Source: Haliotis rufescens (lineage: Eukaryota). Taken from it: a stretch of 64,000 bases of DNA. The notes under the pieces are model-generated. The model was not told the origin of the DNA, did not search any database, and saw only the letters and a list, made by a program, of their open reading frames with translations. Shown here piece by piece: positions 1 through 11,259 of this stretch; the first letter of the stretch is position 1; every line of letters begins with the position of its first letter. Position numbers and translations under genes: made by a program. The stretch covers positions 25,234,001-25,298,000 of the forward strand of contig NW_025963868.1 of assembly GCF_023055435.1 (NCBI RefSeq), given 5' to 3'.

Positions 1-164
1 TGAGGTTTGTATCATGTCCGAGATCAATTCAAGTGTAGACATATTTTTAGGCTTATATCGCCACCAACACTTATGATTAGATTGATGTGTTATACTGGAA
101 AATGTAGAATGAGTGGTATTGCCTCTGTAAATTTAATTTGAAGTAGATTTCAGTTTCTTGCTTT

Positions 165-600
165 GTAGAACAATGTGGGCCCACATTTTAGAACATAGTT
201 ATAAGTAAGCCAAGCTAATGAAGCTTAGCGATTTTGTAATGTGGTCCCTCCTGTTGCAATCACTATGACGGAAGAACGTCTACCCAGTAGCTAGGCGATC
301 ACAAATGTGGGCCCACTTGTTTCGATCACCATATATGATGGGAACAATGTGGGCCCACATTTGAGAAAACGATTATCAATATTTAAGTAGAATTTCGCGA
401 TTAATAAATGTGGTCCCTCCTGTTGCAATCAATATGACGGAAGAACGTCTGCCCACGTTTAGGAATTGATTATCAGAACTAACGAAACAACCTAACGAAG
501 CTAGGCGAAATACAAATGTGGGCCCATTTGTTTCGATCACCATAGATGACGGGAAAAATGTAGGCCCACAGTTTAGAAAATGGTTATCAGCACTAAACCA
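165..600. repeat. Degenerate ~170-210 bp tandem repeats built on AATGTGGGCCCAC, possibly subterminal repeats of the adjacent Sola-like element
   Basis: AATGTGGGCCCA-like motif at ~172, 305, 346, 515 and 557; block GTGGTCCCTCCTGTTGCAATCA.TATGACGGAAGAACGTCT repeated at 241 and 411. Confidence 0.7.
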
Positions 601-869
601 ATCTTAGAAGATGAACGGATGGAAACATAAATATATAATGCATTCAAACATTTAATTAAGAATACGTTTTACCTTAGGGATAAGCTGGGCATTTAATAAC
701 TGGACCAACAACGTACAGCGTGGGTGACGCCATTTCTCGCAAATAAGAAAACAACGGAGATAGCTCCCGACGCAGATCCAAGGACAAAGCACTTCAGATA
801 ATAAGAGATGCTGACTCTGAGATCGAAAATGAGTCATCTTCGGACCATTACACACCACCAGACAAAAAT

Positions 870-1797
870 GCTTCCCACAGACAATCGTCTTCAGAGTCTT
901 CCGATGACAATGAACCCTTATTTTGGATCAAATGTAGGAAACGCAAGAAGCATGCACAGAAAAATGATGTACTAGCCAAAAGTCAGCGGACTAAATCACT
1001 GGAACAGACATCAATTCTGAATGAAATAATTGACGATATTCATGAAACTGAAAATGAACAAAAGGGGCCAATGTTATCCAGGAGCCATAAGACAATGAAC
1101 GAAAACAAAAGAGAAATAATGGCGAGGAATATATTAACACACGAGGCAATCGTGTTCTTATGAGGCAATGCAAACCATGCCCTTGTAAGTGCAAATAGTC
1201 CTGCACAATCTTAGGCGATGAGGACCAGATTTATGTTTTCATTCCTATTGGAAGTTATCATATGAAAGACAGCGTGACTTTCTGAAACACCATGTGAAAG
1301 TGACAGACAAAAACCGCAGGATAAAAAAAAGGAGCTTCATCAAGTCGTAGCAAGACCTATGAGTATTATCTGCCTTCAGGACAAAATAAAGTTGCAAGTT
1401 TGTAAAGCCTTTTTCTTGTCAACTTTAAACATGGGTGAGAAGACAGTTTATTACACTATTGCAAAACGCTGTACTATCCATTAGGTTGATCAAAGAGGAA
1501 GAAAACCTCCAAAGACAAAACTTCCTGTAGAAGCTCGAATTGGTGTTCGGAAGCATATAATGTCCTTTCCGAAAGTTGAGTCCCATTACTGTAGACTGTC
1601 TACACAGAGACAATATCTTTCAAAAGACCTGTCAATTTCCAAAATGTACATGCTCTATAGAGAAGACTGCAAAAAGAAAAATCTCATCCCAGTCAAACAC
1701 CACATGTACGCACGTATGTTCAGATAAGATTTTAATTTGGGATTTCATTTTCCTAAAAAGGACTCATGTGCCTTCTGTTTTTCATATCAAAACATGC
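870..1797 (+). pseudogene. Sola-type DNA transposase relic, N-terminal half, with stops and frameshifts
   Basis: Manual translation of 1395-1797: VCKAFFLSTLNMGEKTV..RGRK..HIMSFPKVESHYCRLSTQRQYLSKDLSISKMYMLY..*DFNLGFHFPKKDSCAFC, the FPxxESHYxR and FNLxFxxPKKDxCxxC pattern I associate with Sola transposases; two in-frame stops. Confidence 0.7.
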
Positions 1798-1799
1798 AA

Positions 1800-2092
1800 C
1801 ACTTCTAATTCACTGGCTTCCAATCATCCCATCAGCTTCCGTGGTTGTTTACCCTGTCCCATTAGTCATTCACTGGCTTCCAATGATCTTAATCAGCTTT
1901 CTGTGTCCATCAATCAATTTACTGTATAATCATTGATGTTAATAAGTATATATACCTATGTTGTTCAGCACTATCCATCACCTGCTTGATAAAGGTGTTC
2001 GGATCTACACCGAAACGTCGCACTAATTGTTGTTCATCCATAGAAATTGTCTTTCTTCATCACACCAACTTCTAAATGCCACTGAAAGAAGT
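1800..2092 (+). mobile_element. Penelope-like element terminal (pLTR) fragment that truncates the Sola relic
   Basis: TATA-like TATATATACC followed by TTGATAAAG-stem-CGAAACGTC, the hammerhead-type signature of Penelope pLTRs. Confidence 0.55.
1983..2022 (+). ncRNA. Minimal type I hammerhead ribozyme motif, U3-A8 variant
   Basis: TGC-TTGATAA-A-GGTGT(TCGGATCT)ACACC-GAAA-CGTC-GCA: stem I TGC/GCA, stem II GGTGT/ACACC, palindromic ACGT stem III, GUC cleavage triplet. Confidence 0.6.
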
Positions 2093-2217
2093 CAGATGGT
2101 ATATATATTTAATTAAAATGCCAGCCTAAGGGAGACCAGATGGTATATATATATATTTAAATACCAGCCTAAAGGTGACCAAATAGTATATATATTTAAA
2201 TAGCAGCCTAAGGGAGA
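2093..2217. repeat. Three ~40-bp tandem units (CAGATGGTATATATATTTAA..CAGCCTAAGGGAGA)
   Basis: Direct inspection. Confidence 0.7.
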
Positions 2218-3259
2218 TAAGGGTCCCCTTGCACAAAGCGATCTTTACAATTATTGTAAATCCTTAAGATCGCGATCTTAGGCTTCCGCTACAATTGCCA
2301 TCCACTTGCACAAAACGATTGTAGGCTAAGATCATTGTAAGCTACAATCGAAACTTACAGTTGGTCCGGACAATCGTCCAAGATGGCGTCTACGGTGCTA
2401 TTTTTGCGAAGAATATGACAGTTTTATTAGGAGAGAAAGGGTTTTTTAGAAATAGAACCATGCAACTCGAAATTCTAAGTGACGACGAGCTGTATGCGCA
2501 ATACAGAATGCCTCGTTCGTCTTTGTTCCAGTTATTGGACAAAGTCCGACCATTAATAGAGCACCCCACAAAACGTTCGTACGCCCTAACGCCAGAGACA
2601 CAGTTTCTTGTTACACTGCGTTTTATAAGTAAGGGTGGGTTCTTGCTCGAGATGGGTGATCTGCACGGTGTGCACCAGTCCAGTGTGTCAAGGGCATTTC
2701 ACAGAACTGTGTCTGCCCTGAGCACTGTGTTGGAGAACGTCGGATTACCAGAACCTGCGTCCTTTCCTGCCGTTATGTGTGGCTTCCACAAGATCGCGGA
2801 GAAGCCCTTATACCCATAAAACGACCTAGCGGGGACGACGAATCGGCATTCGTGTGCAGGAAGGGGTTTCATGCCATCAATGTACAAGCCGTGTGTGATG
2901 CGAAACTTCAGTAAAAACACATTTTCATTTAAATAAAACAAAAAGCATCATAATAGTACTTCACGCACATGCTAATAGATACTAACATAATGCGTGGAGA
3001 TAAAAGTTGACATTTTCCTTCAGCTGATCAGTGTATACATTAGCATCGACCAATAAGAGGACAGAGGCCTTCAACGGGTTGCCACAAGAGGCACGATTGA
3101 GGATAGATAATATTTCAGTTTATCGTGTTTTTGATCAATATATTAACGAATGTCATTGCTTATCACTATGACATGACCATACTCAATCCTTTTGAAAAGA
3201 ATAAATAATCGTATCTTGTTTGCACCAATGTAACTATCAGGCTATTTCTATATTTCTTC

Positions 3260-3425
3260 GGTTCGGTCGGGTAGCCTAGTGGTTAAAGCGTTAGCTCGTC
3301 ACGCCGAAGACCTGGGTTCGATTTCCGACATGGGTACAATGTGTGAAGCCCATTTCTGGTGTCCCCCGCCGTGATATTGCTGGAATATTGCTAAAAGCGG
3401 CGTAAAACCATACTCACTCACTCAC
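3260..3425 (+). mobile_element. tRNA-derived SINE family A (~165 bp, (ACTC)n tail)
   Basis: A box TAGCCTAGTGG, B-box-like GGTTCGATTTCC, tail GCTGGAATATTGCTAAAAGCGGCGTAAAACCATACTCACTCAC. Confidence 0.9.
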
Positions 3426-3446
3426 TATATTTCACCATAAATTATA

Positions 3447-3605
3447 GGGGCGGTCGGGTAGCCTAGTGGTTAAAGCGTTAGCTCCTCACGCCGAAGACCT
3501 GGGTTCGATTCCCGACATGGGTACAATGTGAGAAGCCGATTTCTGGTGTCCCCCGCCGGGATATTGCTGGAATATTGCGAAAAGCGGCGTAAAACCTCAC
3601 TCACT
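3447..3605 (+). mobile_element. tRNA-derived SINE family A, adjacent second copy
   Basis: Same sequence; TSD CACCATAAATTATA on both sides. Confidence 0.9.
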
Positions 3606-5791
3606 CACCATAAATTATAGGAACACACAAATTATTTGAAGCGCCTGTAAAATGAACAATATATAATTTGTGTTACAGAAAACAAAATTATCACATCGGG
3701 TGTATTTAACGAAGTTGTTTTTATTTAGTGATATAATATATGAAAATGTGAACATTTTGAAAGTATAGGTTAAATACAACAATAGAGGGGCATCATAAAA
3801 TGAAAATTATTTCCATCACAGACAATTACATCTTTGAGTGACATATATTTATGTACAGCCTTTGTTCCATTTCATTTCCTTCTATAGTTTTATGAGATAT
3901 GGAGGCGGTCCAACTGATAAAGGAAGGAGGGGGATGGTGGTTCAAATATAGATCAGGAATGGCAAAACCAGTATGGCTAATTAAGTCCTCTTACCTTAAT
4001 AATAATGTTTTTCATTACACTGATTTTAATTCTCAAACATTTCATTCAGGGTCACCAATGTTGTTGCAAGGTGGCCTGGAGGAAGCCAGGACTCTGTCAT
4101 AGCAACTGATTTATGACACCCATATAATATGCTAATCCTAATTGTTACTCCCCATTTTTGTGTACATCAACTGTCTGTCATCCTGAACATCTCGTTCAGT
4201 ATGTCACTGATGAATTTCTGTTTACATTTATATTTTATTACTAACTAAATGTCAGGTGACCTTGGCTATATAAGCTTTGGTCCAGAGAGAATGAAAAGAG
4301 AAAAGAAAGGTCCTACCCCTTAGCCTAGCTAGGGTTAGGCTGGGTGCTCCGGGGCACCTAGACAACAACCACAGCCACTATGTGCTGACCTGGCAAATAG
4401 TGTCTTTTGTATGTATATATCTACATGTATAAAGTAAAACTTTATATACCGCAAGCCATCGTCTCCAAGTTTCCACTTCCTACTGAGAACCATACGTCTG
4501 CCTTTTGCATATATGAGTATGCAAATTATTCCTTAATCAACCTCAGACCGCCACGTGTTGTTAACTCTATGATACTGGCCAACAGCCTTTCGGACAGACA
4601 TTTGAGTCCTCTCCTCCAACTGGATGGCTTTTGGGAGATTCTGGTAAATAATTTTATTTTTCATCATTTTGAAAATAAAAACAAATCACACAATTAATAA
4701 GTGACTCACTTACCTTACAGAAAACATTCACCATTAATTTCAAGCTTACACATCTCAAACAAGCAACTTCAATCACAAGTAACTTCATAAATGTAATATG
4801 TTTTAAACATGTATTATTAACCAAAATATCAATGTAGTGAACGTTTTTCATCTTCATATAGATATGCATGCAGGCCCTGGCTCCTAACACCAGTAGGTGC
4901 TGCCACTACATGGCCACAACACAGGTACAACACTGCCCACATGAAGACCAGAAACACCATTGAAAGGGCTTTTGGTGTTTTGAAATCAAGATTCAGGTCA
5001 GTGAATAAAGAATTAGAGTTTTTAGTGGAATTATATCATTCAGCTCTCATATATCATATAGATTCTGGAAAAACAAATATTTAAAACCTCCTATTATGTC
5101 TACAATGATTTGGCAAACTAGATTTATTCAATTTCTGAAAAGGAAGAGATTCATTGAATTACTTTTTATGAAACATTAAATTTTGCTGTTTTGTTTTGCC
5201 TTGAAATGTCTTAATTCCAACTTTTAAATTATGGAGATACCATTGTATTAATTTCCAAATATAAATTATTTTCAGATGCCTACACAAATCATCCGGGTCC
5301 CTTCAATTTACCCCCAAGAAATGTGCACAAATTATTATGGTAGCATTTAAGCTACATACTTTCTGTATAGAATCTCGGCTGGCCAATCCACCTGCTCTGG
5401 AAGAAGAAACTGTCCCAGAAATTAATTACACCTATCAGGGACCTCTGAATGATGGCCACAGGATGAGGAAGGAGTTAATCCAGAACAAATTTGCATAAAT
5501 GTCAAATGTAATAATCTGACATTTCCAAATGTACATCATATACTAGTCTTGTTCCAATACTTGAATATGATGTATTTGATTCATATAGATGATTAAGTAA
5601 ACTCTGTTAACAAAACAGATAAGACAGGAAATGTTGCACCATAATATCAACATTTATTGTTTATGTAGGGATGAGGTGCTGTATTATCTATTTACATTTA
5701 TATATTTACACGCACACACACACGAACACACTTGAGTGAAATAACACGAAGAAATGACATCATCACATTTTGTATATTTTGTAGAAATGTA

Positions 5792-6045
5792 TGTTTGTTT
5801 GTTTGTTTAACGCCGCACTATTCCAGCTATATGACGGCGGTCTAAATAATCGAGTCTGGACCAGACAATCCAGTGATTTACATCATGAGCATCGATCCGC
5901 GCAATTGGGATCGATGACATGTATCAACCAAGTCAGCGAGCCTGACCACCCGATCCCGTTAGTCGCCTTTTCGACAAGCATAGTCGCCTTTTACGGCAAG
6001 CATGGGTTGCTGAAGACCTATTCTAACCCGGAATCTTCACTGGTC
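5792..6045 (-). mobile_element. Short retroposon family B (~265 bp, LINE-like head and tail, (AACC)n/(AAAC)n end)
   Basis: Matches the repeat consensus GACCCGTGAAGATTCCGGGGTAGAATAGG...GCTGGAATATTGCTGAGTGCGGCGTTAAACAAC. Confidence 0.9.
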
Positions 6046-6600
6046 TTATAGTAATGTAGGTCATCAGCCCAAATTCACAACATACAATTGGTCACACTGT
6101 GCTCCGGAAAAACGTGATGTACAGAACAAATTGAAAAAAATAGTATGGTAATATCCTAAGATTATTGGAATGATAAATGTACATAGCAAGAAATATATTT
6201 TTGTTTCAGAATTTTGTCACACTGAAAAATGCCTGTTCCAAAGCACATTTACATCTCAAAACATTATGAAATAAACGATTGTGTTTGTGAAAAGTTTTCA
6301 AATAAAGAGCGATATACCGATAACAAAGACTTCAACTTCGAAGACCAGTTAATCTCACCATGGCGTGCACTTGGATTTAACATATTGTATTTTTTTCTAG
6401 GGTATCTGATATCTGGCATTATTAACAACTGAAACCAGTATAGAGTTACACGTTTAACTTCTAATCTGCATTAAATGACATCATTAAAAGAGATATTGAT
6501 TTTATTGTTAAATAAGAAATGTATCTAATTTGAAATCTAAGTGAATTTAATCATGGGGGACAATGTGAAAGGGGACTTAGGGATTTGTTTTTCATCAAAA

Positions 6601-8130
6601 TTAACATCTCCTCGTCAATGGCCAATCTCTTTTCCTCAACAGCCTGTCGCTCCTCTTCAATGATTGAGCCAGTCTCTTCCTCTCAATGTCCAACATCTCG
6701 CGCAGCACCTGTAGTTTCTCTCTCAAGGCCCGTGAAGATTCCGGGGTAGAATAGGTCTTCAGCAACCCATGCTTGCTGTAAAAGGCGACTAACGGGATCG
6801 GGTGGTCAGGCTCGCTTACTTGGTTGATACATGTCATCGATCCCAATTGCGCGGATCGATGCTCATGATGTCAATCACTGGATTGTCTGGTCCAGACTCG
6901 ATTATTTACAGACCGCCGCCATATAGCTGGAATATTGCTGAGTGCGGCGTTAAACAACAAACCAACCAACCAACCAATCTCTCTCTCTCAAGATCCACAG
7001 CGGTTTGGAAATTTGGAGATTTTACTATTTAATACAGAAATTAAGAATCCATTTAAGTAATTGTTGCTATAATACAGACAATGCAATTAAACGTTGCTGA
7101 TATATCTCACTACTGTTATAAAATACTACATTAAAATTGTTCATAGAGAATCATGAAATAAATACAATTGTGAAAATGGAAATGTTTAACAAACCTAATA
7201 TCTGTTTACGGTACCTGCGGCTATTCTCTTAACTGCTGTCTTCTGTATGAATCCTAGGAAATGAAGGAACATCCATACTTTTATGGACAGAAGCATAAAC
7301 ATTGATCAGCAAGAAATGAGTACTGTTCAGAAAATGTATATTGTCCACAACAAATAAGAAAAATGTAGCCATTATGAAACAATTCAGTGTTACATTACTG
7401 ATAAAATGAAATGTATAATGTAAGTATAATATGCTGATTTCAATCACCTGTGGGAGAAAGTTACCCCTGATTGAGAGCTTTCTGTCTCAATAGGGTCTTG
7501 ACAGTCAGGGACATCAAAGGTGTCGGGGACATCTACAAAAAAGTAAAACTTTAAACATGTTATTCACAACAAGAAATTGAGCAACAATTAATGATTTACA
7601 TTAGACGTTAATTGGGTTATTTTGTTGTGAGTATCCAGTTGTTTCAAAAATTGATTTGCATTTTCCAATGAAACAGTTAAAGTATTTTTTGCACTTACCG
7701 CCACACAAACCACTTCGAGGCCACCAGGAATACCATCGATCTGGAAGGTAAGTATCAAGAATATAGCCTTAAAATATAAATTGATATAATATTGTAATCA
7801 GCGGCCATTAATTTTTATTTGAAATAAATGAAAGGCTATTTTCTTAATTTTTGAATGGATGTAGGAAGCTTTAAAAACATTAATATCAACCAGCATTTTA
7901 CTGGCCTTGGCATATTTGCACTATGTTATCATATTAATCTTTGATCAAACTTAAAAATTCATCACCATGCTTGTACTGTGTATATAAAAAATATGGATAT
8001 ATACCTTATTTTCCAAATCGGAAAATGTATTTGGATCAGGGCCTCCTCCTGTTTTGCTCAGCTCCCTCTTTCTTGTTTGTTCCTTCTTCCTCATTTGACA
8101 TCTGTATTATCACCAATCTTGTCAATATTA
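6601..8130 (-). pseudogene. Harbinger Myb/SANT-like partner protein, 3' exons
   Basis: Exon remnants RKRELSKTGGGP (~8040-8075), DGIPGGLEV (~7710-7738) and coiled-coil REKLQVLREMLDIERKRL (6601-6727), interrupted by a family B retroposon. Confidence 0.65.
6728..6977 (+). mobile_element. Family B retroposon, single-hairpin variant, inserted in the Harbinger Myb exon
   Basis: Consensus match; flanked by TCTCTCAAG duplication. Confidence 0.9.
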
Positions 8131-8249
8131 GGTTCTTAATACGCACATACTTAAAGATACCCTTTTGGTTTTGTTAAAACATTTATTTTGGGTGCTTAAC
8201 AAAAATATTTACTGCCTTACGTGTACTCAAATCAGGCAGTTATTTCTGA

Positions 8250-8774
8250 GACCCGTGAAGATTCCGGGGTAGAATAGGTCTTCAGCAACCCATGCTTGCC
8301 GTAAAAGGCGACTATGCTTGTCGTATAAGGCGACTAACGGGATCGGGTGGTCAGGCTCGCTGACTTGGTTGATACATGTCATCGATCCCAATTGCGAGTT
8401 CGTTCCATTTCTTTCAAACATCGGACCCATTCCGTTTGCTCGAGCCGACGGCACTGGCCCTAAACATAAACTTAAACATGGTAGTATAACGAAGTTGCAA
8501 GTATACGTGATCACGTTGGTTGGTTGTTTAACGCTTCACTCAGCAATATTCCAGCTATATGACGGCGGTCTGTAAATAATCGAGTCTGGACCAGACAATC
8601 CAGTGATTGATATCATGAGCATCGATCCACGCAATTGGGATCGATGACATGCATCAACCAAGTCAGCGAGCCTGACCACCCGATCCCGTTAGTCGCCTTT
8701 TAAGACAAGCATAGTCGCCTTTTACGGCAAGCATGGGTTGTTGAAGACCTATTCTACCCCGGATCTTCACAGGT
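8250..8774. mobile_element. Family B 5' half (+, 8250-8396), 101-bp module (8415-8515) and full family B copy (-, 8516-8774)
   Basis: Consensus matches; the module recurs at 25205-25305. Confidence 0.85.
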
Positions 8775-9354
8775 AGCTACAGACCATGATCCGATAAATA
8801 TGCAAATGAGGTCACCTTTAGGAACTGCTTTTAATACCACATACATCAATATGATGCCGTCTTTCTCAATAAACTGTTGACTACCATGTAATGTACACAT
8901 TATATTTAGATAGGGGTTTCTGAATGTGTCAAGGAAACATGCCTGTATTTGGCACAACATGATAAATTGGACAAGTCACTCAAAAATTATATAGATACAT
9001 GGTTTCTAAAGCGACTCTCATTGAGTGAAATTACATCTTAAACATCCATTATTTTAAGATTGACATTACATGATAAAGAGAATACGCTCCTGTTTCGTTA
9101 TCGCTTGAATTATACTATTCTTATCTCTAAAATGATATTTATGATACAGAAACACACCTGGGCCCGGTTGTTCAGAACCCGGTTAACTCTAACCAGCCGT
9201 TAAGTCAGTGTTAACTCTCCGTTAAATTTAACCAAATGGCTATGTTGTTTCCCAAAGCATGGTCATCTTTAACGACTGGTTAAACACCCGTTAAAGTGAA
9301 CACTCCTCCCGACCTCCGTTAAATACTTAACACCTTGGTTATATTTGAAACAAA

Positions 9355-11200
9355 ATGGCGTTCATGGTTAGGCCTAGCGCCGCTTTCATGGTTCCAGTGA
9401 GTGAGTGAGTGAGTATGGTTTTACGCCGCTTTTAGCAATATTCCAGCAATATCACGGCGGGGGACACCAGAAATGGGCTTCACACATTGTACCCATGTCG
9501 GGAATCGAACACGGGTCTTCGGCGTGACGAGCGAACGCTTTAACCACTAGGCTACCCGACCGCCCCTTCATGGTTCCAGAGGTTAATGCGAGGCAACAGA
9601 AGCGATTCCGAGCTGTTAATTTTGCATTAATGAACTACACAGACAGTGAACTTCGTGATAGGTACAGATTTGGGCGGGAATCTATCAACTACATCGCCAA
9701 TATATTGAGGGAAGGTTTGGAGCGCCCTACACAACGTAGCCATGCTCTAAACGTCGATCAACAACTGATGATAGCTTTCCGTCTTTACGCAAGTGGTAGT
9801 TTCCTTCAAGTGATTGAAGATACGATAGGGGTGGACAAAAGTACAGTTTCACGTGTCATAGTCGATGTGACTGAGGCCTTGGTTAAAAGGAAGAACGAAT
9901 TCATAAAATGGCCAACACAAGAATGCTACACATACGTCAGGTTCAAGATGGATTTTTCGCCCTTGGTGGTTTTCCGAGTGTCCTAGGTTGCATTGATGGT
10001 ACCAGCTTAAGTTAATCGGAAAGGATACCACAGTATCAACGTACAGGCAGTGTGTGACCACGAAGGTACGTCTTGTGAGATTAGAGTACTGTCCCTTTTT
10101 GCAATTAGAGTAGCTTCCCTTCCAAGGTCTATAAAATTCCGCATTAAAAAGATTCGGAATTAGATAAATAATGAAAGGTTTGAGTAAATGCTCTTATTAC
10201 TCTTAATACAAATGGGATATTCTAGTCAGCTAACAAGGGATGTTTTTAAAGTTCTGTTCAGCTCTAAGCTGTGTCAAGAGACTGTAATTTTAAGAAAATA
10301 TAGCTGTAAGAAGTTTGAAATATATAATATATATGCCTATAATAGAAAATCCATTAATCCATCACGAACATTGCTTTTTTTTAAAAATTATTGTCTAATT
10401 TGTAGGTAAATTTACGAATGTGTGTGCTATGTGGCCGGGATCAACTCATGATAGACACATATTTAGAACCTCTACTTTGTGTGAATACTTAAAGAAGTCG
10501 CACACTTCAATATCAGATGGCTTTCTATTGGGAGACAGTGGATATCCTTGCAGGCCTTTTCTCCAAACCCAATACATGACTCCACAAGGCAATGCTCAGC
10601 AGAGATACAAGGACAGCTTGTGTGCTACAAGAGTTACAATAGAAAGAACATTTGGTCGATGGAAAAGACGGTTTCATGTACTTCATTCTGAGGTAAATAT
10701 GCATAGTATATTTGTGTACTTAATTTGACCAATGTTTTACTTTTCTACATCTAATCTTGATTTTTTTCATCAGTTTAAGGTTTGGAGTCATGGTGTTGTG
10801 TGTTCGAATGCTTCACGTTTAACATCGACCACATAGCAGAAACAAATAATTTTCCAAGAATCCTAACTAACATATCCAATTACTAGTAATTATATTAATG
10901 ATTCAAAGAAGCAAACAAGTTGCTTCTAAAATGTAGATTTTAATGTGACATTCTGTATTTATGTATTTGACACAAACATTTCTTGTTTATTCAACAGATG
11001 AGGATGAGTCCACGCCGTGGGTGTCAGATTGTCCTTGCCTTTGCTGTCCTCCACAATATATCAATATTACTGAATGAGCCATTACAAGATGACAACGACA
11101 ACCCAGATGAACAGCCAACAGTGGACACATGACGGAAGGCATGATTGACGAGGCATTAGAGATCATATTACCAATACCCTCTTCTCCAGCCAATAAACTA
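9355..11200 (+). pseudogene. Harbinger transposase, three exons, disrupted by a SINE insertion, frameshifts and a deletion
   Basis: [16 protein letters not shown]-like [16 protein letters not shown]; GCIDGT (~9987-10005); NRKGYHSINVQAVCD; WPGSTHD, LLGDSGYP and IERTFGRWKRRF in exon 10406-10692. Confidence 0.9.
9398..9566 (-). mobile_element. SINE family A inserted in the transposase coding exon
   Basis: 13-bp TSD TTCATGGTTCCAG at 9385-9397 and 9567-9579. Confidence 0.95.
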
Positions 11201-11259
11201 CAAACAGAGGACACAAGAATTAAATATAGTGATAATGAGACTGCAGGTTTATTACATTA

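Larger units (their letters stand above)
2383..5498 (+). pseudogene. Harbinger (HARBI1-like, DDE_Tnp_4) transposase, spliced and disrupted
   Basis: Pieces: LSDDELYAQYRMPR..LRF..GDLHGVHQSSVSR (2470-2700), RKGFHAINVQAVCD (~2860-2900), VTNVVARWPG (4052-4081), WLLGDSG (~4625-4645), RPWLLTP..RNTIERAFGVLKSRFR (4870-4997), CLHK..CAQII..LH..RKELIQNKFA* (5277-5498); the first catalytic GxIDGT segment is deleted. Confidence 0.85.
2221..8130. mobile_element. PIF/Harbinger element 1, decayed; left TIR present, right end not found
   Basis: TAA|GGGTCCCCTTGCACAAAGCGATCT terminus at 2221, followed by a transposase on + and a convergent Myb/SANT gene on -. Confidence 0.75.

Noticed and set aside
3260-3605. 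tRNA genes
   Set aside because: The tRNA-like head continues into a conserved body and microsatellite tail with TSDs, so these are SINEs; there is no acceptor stem or T-run terminator
5791-7032. Recurrent short ORFs (MTCINQVSEPDHPIPLVAF.., MVRLADLVD..) suggesting a peptide gene family
   Set aside because: Chance translations of family B; frames and stops are not conserved between copies
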